Origin: Patescibacteria group bacterium
GTDB lineage: Bacteria; Patescibacteriota; Minisyncoccia; Phycocordibacterales; JACOZG01
Reading direction: 5' to 3'
DNA length: 64,000 bases
NCBI GenBank assembly: GCA_038065495.1
Contig: JBBTQW010000002.1
Span: 197,373-261,372, forward strand
Position numbers and translations under genes: made by a program. Positions 29,799 through 40,486 of the stretch are shown here, one piece after another (within the stretch, counting starts at the first letter, position 1; each line of letters opens with the position of its first letter). The notes under the pieces were generated by a model that saw nothing but the letters and a program-made list of their open reading frames with translations, had not been told where the DNA came from and searched no databases.

Positions 29799-31475
29799 AG
29801 ATAATTCCGGATCCGGTCCTACAATCTGCGAGCCCCAAATCTTGTGGTGGAAAGTCCGCCAGATTTCGCGTAATTCGGCGCTCTTCATGAGATAGAGCAC
29901 AAGTACTCCAGCCACAATGCCACCGATGCCAGCCAAGAAGCCTTGCAGGAAGATCCCCCAGAACGTATTGAGGTCAAGAACTGTGCTGAAAAAGTTTAAG
30001 CCGAGATATGCCACGCCACCGGCCATAATACTGGCCGAGAAACTGTGCCAGAAAGTCCGCAAAACTGGCTTAGAGAATTCCGGGCAATCGTGGTGGAAGG
30101 CACGCCAATGCGTGAGCAGGTTGATAAATAATCCAAGAGCAAAGGCGAGCGGCAACATCAAGACTTCCGCACCAGCCACATCATCAACTTTCAAGAGATC
30201 GGTGATAAAGTAACGGAAAAGGGAAACCGTGCGGAAGAGGTGAACTAACAAGTAACTAGCGCTAATTATAATTACAGCAGAAATTAAATTTAATAAAAAA
30301 GGCTTCCACGTCTGACTGCGCGAGTAATAAGCACGCACAAATAAGAGGGAGAGTGATTGCGGCACGAGTGATAAAACAAACAGTGCCAGCGCGGCGGCCG
30401 TGAGACGGGTATCAGACCAATCAAAGTTACCAGAACCAAGCAAAGTGCGCACGATCTGCGCGCGGAGGACGATAAAGAGCACGGCAACGGGCAGAGTCCA
30501 GAAGATGATGTGTTGCGCGCTGGTGATCATCTGTTTAGCAAATTTAGCGTGATCGCCACTAGAAAATAATCTGGTTAAAGTGGGGAAAGCCGCGAGCGAA
30601 TAAGAAACACCGATGATGGAGAGCGGCACGCTCTGGAGATTGAAGGCAAAGCTAAAAACAGAAATGGAGCCAGCCGAGAGCGCGGCGGCCAGCGAGATGA
30701 GAAAGAGTTTGGCTAGTTCATTGGCAGATAGAGTGAGTGTACGTGGTAGTGAGATTAAGACAACGCGCCTGATCGAACTCCAAGAAAAATTAAACTCAAA
30801 TCGTGGCCAGAAGCCGCTCTTAACCACAAATGGTACCTGCACCAGGCAATGCAAGAGCGCGCCACCAGCCACACCCCAAGCGAGACCCGGCAAACCAAAG
30901 CGTGGATAGAGCAAAATAATGCCTAAGATTATGCCTAAATTATACAAGAGTGGCGAGAGCGCATAGATCAAGAAACGCTGATAAACTTGCGTGACACTGG
31001 CGAGAAAATTGGACAAGCCAAGTAGGATTGGCGAGAGTAAAATGATACGCGACATACTGATCAAATCAGCAAAGGCTGGATCGGCGAGATAATGCGGAAA
31101 AAGTTTAGCCACTAGGACCGGCATCAAGAAAAACGCGAGTAAACAAACAGCACTGATCATCAAGAAAAAGAAAGAAAAAAGTTGCGAGAGAAATTCTCGC
31201 GCTTCGCCCTCTGATTTATTTATTTTTTCTAGTAAGAACGGGATTAAAACAGAAAGTGAAACAATCGAGCCAAGTGAAACAAAGATGAAATCGGGGATCC
31301 GGAAGGCCGCGTAGTAGAGATCCAGCGCGTGCGAAGCGCCAAAGGTATGCGCCAGCAAGCGGTCGCGGCCAAGCGCCAGCACTTGCGAGAGAAAAGCAAA
31401 AAAACCCAAGAGATAGGCTGCCTCGTGCAAACCACTCCACTCCCGACTCAATAAGTTCCAGACTTTCTTGACCAT
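29796..31475 (-). CDS. murJ: Lipid II flippase MurJ (MviN)
   Basis: RDRLLAHTFGA, AFRIPD, SPLLYNLGII, multi-TM. Confidence 0.9.
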   Translation of the reverse strand: MVKKVWNLLSREWSGLHEAAYLLGFFAFLSQVLALGRDRLLAHTFGASHALDLYYAAFRIPDFIFVSLGSIVSLSVLIPFLLEKINKSEGEAREFLSQLFSFFFLMISAVCLLAFFLMPVLVAKLFPHYLADPAFADLISMSRIILLSPILLGLSNFLASVTQVYQRFLIYALSPLLYNLGIILGIILLYPRFGLPGLAWGVAGGALLHCLVQVPFVVKSGFWPRFEFNFSWSSIRRVVLISLPRTLTLSANELAKLFLISLAAALSAGSISVFSFAFNLQSVPLSIIGVSYSLAAFPTLTRLFSSGDHAKFAKQMITSAQHIIFWTLPVAVLFIVLRAQIVRTLLGSGNFDWSDTRLTAAALALFVLSLVPQSLSLLFVRAYYSRSQTWKPFLLNLISAVIIISASYLLVHLFRTVSLFRYFITDLLKVDDVAGAEVLMLPLAFALGLFINLLTHWRAFHHDCPEFSKPVLRTFWHSFSASIMAGGVAYLGLNFFSTVLDLNTFWGIFLQGFLAGIGGIVAGVLVLYLMKSAELREIWRTFHHKIWGSQIVGPDPELS

Positions 31476-31542
31476 TTGATTTTAGTTTGGTGGTTAAATG
31501 GTAGCAAAAATCCCCGCCTTAAGCGAGGATTTTTGACTTTGC

Positions 31543-31874
31543 TGGCCCGGCGCTCATAAGCCGAATTCTGTTTAAATAGTTATTTATCTGGGGCCGATGT
31601 TACCATCGAGCCTCTAGCGGCACTCTCGCGACTCTTGCGAATCGGAGCACGACCTTGCACGCGCGTATGGATTTAGCCGTTTCACCCTTCGACTTCGCTC
31701 AGGGCAAGCCCCAAACTTGGCCGAAGACTCGTCTCTGTTCGCACCACAACTCTTGCGAGCGATGGGAATTACCCACTACGTTTAATCTGCTAATAAAAGC
31801 AAACTGCGTGTTCGGACTTTCCTCTCCAATTATCTCGTGAGAAATAACTAGAGCAACTATCCGGCACCGGGCCA
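31543..31874 (-). ncRNA. rnpB: RNase P RNA
   Basis: GAGGAAAGTCCG near 5' end, AACAGAATTCGGCTTAT near 3' end, complementary termini (P1). Confidence 0.93.
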
Positions 31875-31880
31875 CTCCTA

Positions 31881-34214
31881 CTATACCACAACTTGGGAAC
31901 TAGCGCCATCGGCCGGCACAATGTCGATCTCACAAGTACCAGAAGCGCAGGCTAGCTCTTTCTTCACTTCCGTATTATCTTCGCCCTCGTACAAAACTAA
32001 TTTAGAAAAATCAATTGGTGGGAATTTTTTACTTAACTCATTATATTGCTCTTCCGTAATCGCCTCATACGGTGCCAGACGATAAACGTGATTAGATCGC
32101 GGCAAGAACGAGAGTCCACCGATCATGTCCCAGTTCTCATAGACCCAATTACCCACGCGCAACCATTCGTCCTCGCCCACCGAGATAGTAGTAGACGGAT
32201 TGTGGTCAGTATAATTCTCTTTCACCATCTTCCAATACTCCAATTGCTCGAGTGCAGTGAGATCATCTTTGTAAACTTTGCTCTTGGGCGCCTTGATCGG
32301 AAATTCTAAGACAAAAGTGGTGGCCGTGGCTGGATCGTGACCAACCTCCGGATTGTACGGCACGCCCATGTCCTTGAGCATGCGGAAGATCGGATTGTGG
32401 CTCTCGATGCGCACGCGACGGATGTAATAAGGCGAGTGCCGAGGATGCATGCCGGAAGAAGAATCAAAGAGTTGCGAGCCATTACCGGACGGCTTAACGG
32501 TCGTGATGCAAGTGGAGCGATTGATACCAAAGCGCTCGGCATAACGGCGATTAGTCTCCAGCGCCACTTCGCGCAATTTGCGGAAGACGATCGGATTGCG
32601 GAGCGCCGGTGCATCCCACTGGCCAGTGATGGAGACGCCCAAGAGCGCTTCTTCCTCACAATTCTGCTTCCACTCTTTGGATAAATAAGGAAACTTAGTA
32701 AGCGTGGCCTGATAAGTGCCGAGAATCGTGGCAATCCGGACTTTTTCCATCAAGCTCTCTTCTGTGTCCTCCGGTCGGGCCACGACTTCGGTAAGATTAC
32801 AAAACTGCTTGCTCTTGAGCACGATTTCGCCACAAGGATTGGTGCCGGAGGTATCTTTATCTTTCTCAAAAATCTTCCAGCGTCTCGTAGGCAACTGCGC
32901 TTTCAATCCACCACGGTTAAAAATTCCTCTCTCGCCCGAGCCACTTTTGGCCAAGTTGATCCATTCGTCTAAGAACTGATCCATTGTCGGCTTTTCGTTA
33001 TAAGCCACGGAATTATTAGCCATGCTCCGTTGCGGCTGGTTGAGATAAAACTGCCCATTCTTGGCCGAGCGCATTTCGGCATCATCCAGATCTGAAAGGG
33101 AAATTAAAGCCGAGCGGCGGACCCCGCCAGCCACCACCACCTCACCAATTTTACAAATAATATCGTGGGCATCGATCGTCTTGAGTCGCCGACCTTGGCG
33201 CGCCAACACTCGCTCGCGGGCAAAGTTGAGCAAACTACGCAATGGATCCGGGCCGGAAGAGCGTCCGCCCATCGTCTTGAGCCGGGCACCGCGGGGCCGT
33301 AATTGCGAATAATCAAAAATCACGTCATTGCCGGATGACCAAACCTTGAGACCGTGCACCAGCGCATCGGCCCAGCCCTCGGCGCTATCCGGCACCACGT
33401 AGGTGCTTGGCTTAGCACCAGTTTGGCGTTTGATAATCGGCAACTGGCCGACTGTCTGCTCTTCGACCGAGTAGCCAATCCCCGTGCCACGCATCAAGAT
33501 GTAAATAATTTCGCCAAAGTCTTGCCATGCCGAAGGCGCGATGTAAGCGCAGTTATAAGCCGCCACATTAGAGCTCGATGCCGCCTTACCCGCGAACTGT
33601 AATAAGCGCATCGAGCCAAGCGCCTTCATCCCCAACATGTACTCGCGCACTTCTTCGTATTCTTTAGCCTTCAACTTATCGCCCAGATTGGTCTGCATAA
33701 AGTCGATGTAACGCTGCACCGTCTCGACCCAAGTCTCGCGGCGGTTTTTATCCTCCAACCAACGCGAGTAAGTCGTGTAATAAACATATTCGGATAACTG
33801 ATTGCGAAAGTATTGTTTGCTCTCGGTGGCCAGATCGCGCACTTCTTTGGGCACTTCGCCTTTCTCGCGGCGCACTTCGGCCCGACGTTCGCGGTACAGA
33901 ATGTACGCTTTGGCGACTTTGGCAAAGTTGTGGGCAATTAATTGCTTCTCCACCAAGTCCTGCACGCCTTCTACCGTGGGCAAATAAGTTTTGCCGACTT
34001 TTTTCGCTTCGGCTTGCAAATCACGCGCCACGCCGCGCGCTACTTGCGCGGCAGACTTCTCATCACCTTCGCCAGAGGCCTTCATTGCCTTGCTCACCGC
34101 CACCGCGATCCGCTTTTCCTCAAACAGCACAACCGAACCGTCACGTTTCTTGATTTGCTTGAAAAACTTCACAGACTTTGACGACTTTTTGGCAACGGTG
34201 GTGGCTTTAGGCAT
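31881..34214 (-). CDS. nrdJ: Class II (B12-dependent) ribonucleotide reductase with N-terminal ATP cone
   Basis: IKKRDG ATP cone, GGVRRSA, TNPCGEI, TVKPSG, C-terminal CASGTC; no R2 gene nearby. Confidence 0.88.
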   Translation of the reverse strand: MPKATTVAKKSSKSVKFFKQIKKRDGSVVLFEEKRIAVAVSKAMKASGEGDEKSAAQVARGVARDLQAEAKKVGKTYLPTVEGVQDLVEKQLIAHNFAKVAKAYILYRERRAEVRREKGEVPKEVRDLATESKQYFRNQLSEYVYYTTYSRWLEDKNRRETWVETVQRYIDFMQTNLGDKLKAKEYEEVREYMLGMKALGSMRLLQFAGKAASSSNVAAYNCAYIAPSAWQDFGEIIYILMRGTGIGYSVEEQTVGQLPIIKRQTGAKPSTYVVPDSAEGWADALVHGLKVWSSGNDVIFDYSQLRPRGARLKTMGGRSSGPDPLRSLLNFARERVLARQGRRLKTIDAHDIICKIGEVVVAGGVRRSALISLSDLDDAEMRSAKNGQFYLNQPQRSMANNSVAYNEKPTMDQFLDEWINLAKSGSGERGIFNRGGLKAQLPTRRWKIFEKDKDTSGTNPCGEIVLKSKQFCNLTEVVARPEDTEESLMEKVRIATILGTYQATLTKFPYLSKEWKQNCEEEALLGVSITGQWDAPALRNPIVFRKLREVALETNRRYAERFGINRSTCITTVKPSGNGSQLFDSSSGMHPRHSPYYIRRVRIESHNPIFRMLKDMGVPYNPEVGHDPATATTFVLEFPIKAPKSKVYKDDLTALEQLEYWKMVKENYTDHNPSTTISVGEDEWLRVGNWVYENWDMIGGLSFLPRSNHVYRLAPYEAITEEQYNELSKKFPPIDFSKLVLYEGEDNTEVKKELACASGTCEIDIVPADGASSQVVV

Positions 34215-34304
34215 GTTTAAACAGTAAAAATAAATTAATAAAATTCTCGATTATTTCTTCCTCATTTTAGACTAAAAACCCGCAAAATAAAAACAGTGGA
34301 TAAC

Positions 34305-35078
34305 TTAACTATTTCCCAACTTTTGTTGCAAAAAGTGAATAGCGCCGTGCAAACCACCAAAATCGCCCAGTTCGGCTTTCTTAATCTCCGGTTTTTGCGA
34401 CAGGTGACTGGGAATAGCCCGGAAATACTGCTCTGTGAGCTCGAGATCAATCGCTGGTTGGCCGGTAATCATGCTCCCGCCCAGCACAATCCGCTCTGGC
34501 GACCAATAAGCCGTCAGATTATGCAAACCCAGCGCCAAATGCCGTGCCAGTTGGTCCCAGATCGCCAGATCAGTCACCTCTTTGGCTGGTTTGCCAAATT
34601 TCTGCTCCAAACTCCGGCCAGACACTAGCTCTTCTAGAGTTCTAATTTCGCTATCTAAACTAATTATTTCCTGACCAGGCTCAAAACTGTTCACTTTTTC
34701 GTCCAATTTCCCAGCCGTTACGCGCGCGCCGCCCACGCCCGTGCTAACAGTGAGATAAGCCACGATATTCGCTCCTCGTCCGGCGCCAGCATGCGCCTCG
34801 CCAAGGGCCGCCAGTGCCGCATCGTTATCGAGATAAACTGGACAAGCAAATAATTTCGCGATTTCTAGTTTTACTTTTTCGTGTTTGCCCGTTACGCCGC
34901 CAGCAACTGCCTCTGGTGCTTCACTATTTAATAATTCTGTGACAGCTTGAGAAAAAACAGTTAGCAATTCAGCATCATCCACCGGGCTAGCCAAAACTTT
35001 CGGCTCAGAAAAAGTTTTTAAGTCACGCGAAACTGCTAATCTCATTTTAGTCCCGCCGATGTCGAAAATTAGATACAT
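34305..35078 (-). CDS. ROK family sugar kinase
   Basis: DIGGTK, NDAALAALGE, TVSTGVGG. Confidence 0.9.
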   Translation of the reverse strand: MYLIFDIGGTKMRLAVSRDLKTFSEPKVLASPVDDAELLTVFSQAVTELLNSEAPEAVAGGVTGKHEKVKLEIAKLFACPVYLDNDAALAALGEAHAGAGRGANIVAYLTVSTGVGGARVTAGKLDEKVNSFEPGQEIISLDSEIRTLEELVSGRSLEQKFGKPAKEVTDLAIWDQLARHLALGLHNLTAYWSPERIVLGGSMITGQPAIDLELTEQYFRAIPSHLSQKPEIKKAELGDFGGLHGAIHFLQQKLGNS

Positions 35079-35114
35079 GATTTTAGTTTTAGTTTATAAT
35101 AGAATAGAGTAAAT

Positions 35115-35435
35115 ATGGACCCACAGCAACTTATCGACTTTGTACGGCGACAACTGGTGCAAGGCAAAACGCGCGAAGAAATTGAGTGGACCCTGCGCCT
35201 CAATCGCGCCAGTGATAAAGAAGTGGCAATCGCCTTCAATGCCGCGGAGTGGCAGAAAAACCAAAACTTGCCCATACCGGTAGCGCGACCACAGTCAAAT
35301 CACAATCTAATCTGGCTCACAATTTTGCTTTTACTAATTTTGATCATTATTGCTGCCGCGACTTTTCTTGTATTATTCCGCCCAGAACTCGCCGAGCAGC
35401 TAACTAATCAGTTTTTTAAACTCTTCGACTACTAG
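35115..35435 (+). CDS. Hypothetical membrane protein
   Basis: N-terminal helical domain plus C-terminal TM; TATAAT upstream. Confidence 0.65.
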   Translation: MDPQQLIDFVRRQLVQGKTREEIEWTLRLNRASDKEVAIAFNAAEWQKNQNLPIPVARPQSNHNLIWLTILLLLILIIIAAATFLVLFRPELAEQLTNQFFKLFDY

Positions 35436-36338
35436 CACTGGCTCTGGTTCGCGGCCATTTAGTTTGGCAAGCTGCAATGCCGTCCAATTAGCCAAAATCA
35501 TCGAGTGAAATATTTTGCTCCAGACTGTGGCGCCAGCTAATTCTATAACCTCTGTATTTAAATTTTTACTTTTATACAGTTCCACTATTTTATCTAAACT
35601 TTTTGTGATTCTAGCATCGTCGCCGGTTTCGTCGCGCAAAAAGATAAAATAAAAATTCTGACCACTAAAGTCGCTTTCTAGCTCATTGTGATCAAGTTCC
35701 GGACAAGCATTAGCGTAAGCTGGAGTTTTGCCAGTTTCGTTACAAGCAATCTTCCAGTGATAAGCTAAATTATAATTTTTATTAGAACTGTAAATCACCG
35801 GAATTCGCTCCCGCAATTTGGCACCCAGCGCCTCACCCATGGCCTCCAGCGAGGCGGCGGCTAGCACAGTAGTACTCAAGGTTGCTAGCATTTTTTCGTC
35901 ACTCATCAGCGCCCCCAGAGCCTTGCAGGCATAGCCCAGCGCCATCCGCGGCTGCAAGCCAGCTGACAAAACCACGTGCGCGAGATTATTACTCTTCGCC
36001 CAGTCTAGAAGTTCTCCACCAGTCGCAATCACTGCCAGATTCAAACCCCGCGCTAGCGCTTCGCGACCAGCATCCAGCACTTCCGCCGTATTGCCCGAAT
36101 AAGAACTCAAGATAATTAAACTCTCACGCAAGAAATATTCCGGCACTCTGGGCAAGCCATAATCTCGGTGAATCAGTAAATCCAGATTTGGTTCGGCCAC
36201 CTTGAGCAAACCCGCCGCCAGCGCCGAGCCGCCCAAACCACAAACAATAAATTTATTAGTTTTAAATAACTCGCCACTATTTTCCACCACCGGCGGCCAA
36301 TCAAGTTGCTTGGCAAAATTTCTGATTTGTTCTTGCAT
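35400..36338 (-). CDS. Bifunctional phosphoglucose/phosphomannose isomerase
   Basis: GLGGSA, SYSGNT.E, QPRMA, NETGK, PELDHNE. Confidence 0.9.
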   Translation of the reverse strand: MQEQIRNFAKQLDWPPVVENSGELFKTNKFIVCGLGGSALAAGLLKVAEPNLDLLIHRDYGLPRVPEYFLRESLIILSSYSGNTAEVLDAGREALARGLNLAVIATGGELLDWAKSNNLAHVVLSAGLQPRMALGYACKALGALMSDEKMLATLSTTVLAAASLEAMGEALGAKLRERIPVIYSSNKNYNLAYHWKIACNETGKTPAYANACPELDHNELESDFSGQNFYFIFLRDETGDDARITKSLDKIVELYKSKNLNTEVIELAGATVWSKIFHSMILANWTALQLAKLNGREPEPVLVVEEFKKLIS

Positions 36339-36475
36339 ATTTAATTTAATTATAAACTATTTACGAGTTAGTCACAGTTGACAAGATTTAACAAAAGAGT
36401 AAACTGTACCCCCAGTGGGGGCGTAGCACATTTCTATTTTCTTTTTTCACTTCTTTTTTGCAAGGAGGATCGAGT

Positions 36476-36691
36476 ATGTTGCCGGTCAGGATTGGCGATC
36501 ACGTTAGCCTCAACAAAAAGGCGTTGCGCGGAGTCGAATTGAGCCACATCAAGAAACTTGTCGGGGGTAAAGGAGACTTAAAAAATCTCCGGGTCACAAA
36601 AGTCATTCCGGAAAAGGAGAAAGTCGCTGTTCGGGTGGCGGGACGCGAGTTTACGGTTCCTGTTTCCACGCTCGTTCCGTGTTCGTGCTGA
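36476..36691 (+). CDS. Small basic SH3/KOW-like orphan (71 aa), cassette cargo
   Basis: AAGGAGG SD, TTGACA(36378)-16-TAAACT, palindromic terminator 36729-36758. Confidence 0.65.
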   Translation: MLPVRIGDHVSLNKKALRGVELSHIKKLVGGKGDLKNLRVTKVIPEKEKVAVRVAGREFTVPVSTLVPCSC

Positions 36692-36756
36692 CCAACCGAA
36701 GATTCAGAAAAAAGAAACACAGACCACGACCGGACGAGCATGCTCGTCCGGTTTTT

Positions 36757-38577
36757 TTAATCTTTCTTAATCCCCCGACTCAAACGCCGGGCTTCGGCTT
36801 CGTCAAGAATCATTTTTCTGATTCGCACATTCTGCGGCGTCACTTCTACCAGTTCATCATCGCCGATATATTCCAGCGCATCTTCCAGATTCATCGTCCG
36901 GGGTTTATCGAAGTGTTCGGTGCCACCATCACCTTTGCTGCGCATATTTGAGAGCTGTTTGGCTTTGCACACATTCACTGTTAAGTCACCGGGCCGAGAA
37001 TGTTCGCCCACCACCTGACCCTTGTACACAATCGCTCCAGGGCCGAAAAATAATGTCCCGCGTTCTTGCAAACTCACTAGAGAATACAGCAGTGCCTGAC
37101 CAGGATCAGAAGCCACCAGCGAACCGCGTTCTTTGTCGCCCCATTCTTTGTTATCCTCACGATAGCCGGAGAAGCTCGTGTTCATAATTCCCAAACCTTT
37201 GGTGTCTGTCAGAAACTCATTCCGGTAACCAAATAAGCCGCGCGTGGGCAAGAGGAACTGCAAGAAAGCCGTGCCACCTTCTAAGCGAAAGTCTTGCATC
37301 GTGCCATGACGCTTGCCTAATTTCTCAATTACCGCGCCGGAATAAATCTCTGGCACTTCGATAAACACTTCCTCAAACGGATAAAGTGTTTTGCCTTCCA
37401 CTTCTTTACTAATCACCTGCGGCCGCGACACTTGCAGCTCATAACCTTCGCGCCGCAATCTCTCAATTAAAATCGCCAAGTGTAGCTCGCCCCGACCGCA
37501 GACAATCCAGCCTTTGCCATCCGCCACGTCCTCCACTCTTAGCGCCATGTCATTCTCTAATTCTTTATGCAAACGCTCACGCAACTGCCGCGAAGTGGTG
37601 TATTCCCCCTCTTTCCCAGCCACTGGCGAATCGTTCGGTAGAATCGTAATTTTCACCGTTGGTTCTTCGATAGTGAGCAAAGGCAAAGCTTCCGGATTCG
37701 CCGGATCAGCGACTGTCTCGCCGATGGTAATATCAGAGATACCAGCCAGCGCCACAATGTCACCGGCTGAGACTTCGCTCGCTTCCACGCGTGTAAGACC
37801 ATCGAAAGTCATGAGCGAGGTCAAACGCGCTTTCTCCACCACGCCGAGCCGATTGATATGCGCAATTTCCTGTCCAGCTTTAATCTTGCCTCGATACACG
37901 CGTCCCACCGCAATCCGGCCTTTCCATTCATCGCCGAAGACGGTGGTAATGAGAATCTGCAGCGAACCATCAGAGTTGATCGCCGGCGGCGCGATTTTTT
38001 CTAAAATAATTGTGAAAACGGGCGTAATGTCCGTCATGCTCGCGAGATCTGGCTTGAGCCCCGCCACGCCCGCGCGGCCGGAAGCATAGATCACCGGGAA
38101 ATCCGCCTGTTCATCATTCGCGCCGAGTTCGAGAAATAATTCTAGAGTCTTGTCTAAAACATAATCAATTCGCGCATCCGGCTTATCAATTTTATTCACG
38201 ACCACAATAACTTTCAAACCCAGTGCCAGCGCTTTTTTCAAAACAAATCTGGTCTGCGGCATCGGACCTTCTTTGGCATCTACCAGCAAGAGCGCGCCGT
38301 CCGCCATTTTTAGAACTCGCTCCACTTCGCCACCGAAGTCCGCGTGCCCGGGCGTATCAATAATATTCACTTTCACACCTTCCCACTGCACACTCGCGTT
38401 CTTGGAGAAAATTGTAATGCCCCGCTCCCGCTCCAGATCATTGCTATCCATAATCAAATCGCCTTTCTCCTGCGTTTCTTTATCAATTTTCGTTTTACTC
38501 TGACGCAACAAAGCATCCACTAAGGTGGTTTTTCCATGATCGACGTGCGCAATTATAGCTACGTTTCGGATTTCCAT
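36757..38577 (-). CDS. typA: GTPase TypA/BipA
   Basis: IAHVDHGKTTLVD, GRGELHL, PTRGLFGYR, VEVTP.NVRIRK. Confidence 0.98.
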   Translation of the reverse strand: MEIRNVAIIAHVDHGKTTLVDALLRQSKTKIDKETQEKGDLIMDSNDLERERGITIFSKNASVQWEGVKVNIIDTPGHADFGGEVERVLKMADGALLLVDAKEGPMPQTRFVLKKALALGLKVIVVVNKIDKPDARIDYVLDKTLELFLELGANDEQADFPVIYASGRAGVAGLKPDLASMTDITPVFTIILEKIAPPAINSDGSLQILITTVFGDEWKGRIAVGRVYRGKIKAGQEIAHINRLGVVEKARLTSLMTFDGLTRVEASEVSAGDIVALAGISDITIGETVADPANPEALPLLTIEEPTVKITILPNDSPVAGKEGEYTTSRQLRERLHKELENDMALRVEDVADGKGWIVCGRGELHLAILIERLRREGYELQVSRPQVISKEVEGKTLYPFEEVFIEVPEIYSGAVIEKLGKRHGTMQDFRLEGGTAFLQFLLPTRGLFGYRNEFLTDTKGLGIMNTSFSGYREDNKEWGDKERGSLVASDPGQALLYSLVSLQERGTLFFGPGAIVYKGQVVGEHSRPGDLTVNVCKAKQLSNMRSKGDGGTEHFDKPRTMNLEDALEYIGDDELVEVTPQNVRIRKMILDEAEARRLSRGIKKD

Positions 38578-38717
38578 AATAATTTAAAAAATAAGCGACC
38601 CGCCTTCGCGAGAGCTATGGCGGGCAAGAAAATATAGCAGAAAAAATAATTTTTGGCAAATAAGAAAGCGCATCCGAGTGGATGCGCTTTTGATTAGTTG
38701 GTCTGACCAACTTCGGA

Positions 38718-39160
38718 CTAAAGGTCCGTAGCAATGAAAACACCAGTCTGAATCCCTTCCCAACTTTCTTTGGGTTTAATTGTCCCCATGCGAATCCGGT
38801 GATAGAGATCACAGACGGTGATTCTATTTGGCCCCACAATCCCGAGACGGTGCATCATCTCCGGAGCACCCGTGGCGCCAACATCCAGCTGAGCACGAAC
38901 AGAACCAAATTCGTATATTCCCATCGCTCGGCGTGGAACAAGTGGGAAAGTTGTATGCCAGGAAACCTCTTCCACAAATCCCAAAACACCGAGCGGCAAG
39001 TCGACCGTATCAATGTTTGACCAAGAAAGATAGTACCTGTCGTGAACATCTTCCCTGATCGGAATGCCAAAAAAGACCCCCGCCCTCCAGATCCAGGCTC
39101 CGGTTTTCGAAAACCGGCACTGGTAAGAATTGACCTCCTAACATAAACGTTACAAGACAT
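38718..39160 (-). pseudogene. Orphan cassette gene, apparently frameshifted near its 5' end
   Basis: AAGGAG SD + ATG at 39160 lie one frame off an open frame 39137-38718; TTGACA-17-TAGGCT promoter, terminator 38665-38690. Confidence 0.45.
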
Positions 39161-39404
39161 ATCACTTGCTCCTTGCTGCTCGGTTTGCCGTAGAGGTTTC
39201 TGCCCCAGTCGGTACCAAAAGTCAGCTCTGACAAGGTCCACTTAGGCCAGAACAATCTGACCTGTCCAAACCTAAGCCTATCACAGACAGCTTTATTTGT
39301 CAAGCCCGCCGATGTGTCGGGCAGGCATTTTATCGTGTTTTTAGCAAGAAATGGCTAAGAATAAGGGTTTTTAGAGATTTTTTAGACAAAAAAATACGCC
39401 CCGG

Positions 39405-40316
39405 CTAGGTTGCCGGGGCGCGGGTCTGCGCAATCTTGCCATTTTCGCGATGAGCATCCGGCAAGGGATTCATATCCCAAATGATGCCGAGCTTCTCGAA
39501 CAAGCGCAGAATGTAGTAAGTCAGATCAATCTCCCACCAGTAGAAGCCCTGCCGCACAGTGGCCGGGTAATGATGGTGGTTATTGTGCCAACCCTCGCCC
39601 ATCGTGATGATGGCGAGGAAAAAGCTGTTCCGACTCTCATCACGAGTATCGTATCGCTTGCGACCCATTAGGTGCGCCAGCGAATTGATGGTGGACGTAG
39701 CGTGGAAGAGCACAACCGTGGAGATGAAGAACCCCCAGATCAGCATCTGCCAGCCACTTGTTTCCCACTCCGGTCGCCACACAGACAAAGCCTTACCAAG
39801 ACAGAACAAGCTCACCGCCAAGAGAACCGGCACCAGAGTGTCGAACCGGTTGAGAAAAACCAGTTCGGGGAACTTGGCTAGATCCGGCACAGCTTGGTAA
39901 TTGGTGGCCGCATTACGGCGAGAATTAATCCAGCCCATATGCGCCCAGGGAAAGCTGTGCTCATGAGGCGAGTGTGGATCGTCAGGATCGTCAGAGTGGC
40001 GATGATGATGGCGATGATGCGCCGCCCACCACAATGGACCTTTCTGTGTGCAAGTTCCGCCCCACAACGCCATGAAGAATTGCGCCACGCGTGAGGTTTT
40101 GTATGTGCGATGAGAGAAGTACCGGTGATAGATCCCGGTTACGGCAAACATCCGGAACCAATACAGCCCGAAGGCCACACTCACAGCCACCCAACTCCAG
40201 CCGACCCAGATCACAGCAAAACACGCCAAGTGCATTGCAAAAAACGGAATCGAACGGAGCCAGTCAATCTCGTACGGATTTCCCAGCTCACTCTCAATCT
40301 TTGGCAGAGTAGCCAT
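39405..40316 (-). CDS. Delta-9-type fatty acid (acyl-CoA/acyl-lipid) desaturase
   Basis: His boxes HRYFSH, HRHHH, GEGWHNNHH; AAAGGAGG SD. Confidence 0.93.
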   Translation of the reverse strand: MATLPKIESELGNPYEIDWLRSIPFFAMHLACFAVIWVGWSWVAVSVAFGLYWFRMFAVTGIYHRYFSHRTYKTSRVAQFFMALWGGTCTQKGPLWWAAHHRHHHRHSDDPDDPHSPHEHSFPWAHMGWINSRRNAATNYQAVPDLAKFPELVFLNRFDTLVPVLLAVSLFCLGKALSVWRPEWETSGWQMLIWGFFISTVVLFHATSTINSLAHLMGRKRYDTRDESRNSFFLAIITMGEGWHNNHHHYPATVRQGFYWWEIDLTYYILRLFEKLGIIWDMNPLPDAHRENGKIAQTRAPAT

Positions 40317-40486
40317 CGTATCGCCTCCTTTCTAGTAGAGGAAGAAAAAGTTTTAGTTGACAGAGAACACGCAACACAAGAGCAAAAACTAAGCTGATTT
40401 TAACACAAATTAGGTAAATTAGACACAAAAAAAATACTCTGGTTTAACCAGAGTATTTTTTGTGTAGTAGAACAACTAACCGGTAA

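Noticed and set aside
34230-34305. Possible oriC or NrdR boxes upstream of the RNR gene
   Set aside because: Only one imperfect DnaA box and no recognisable NrdR palindrome pair.
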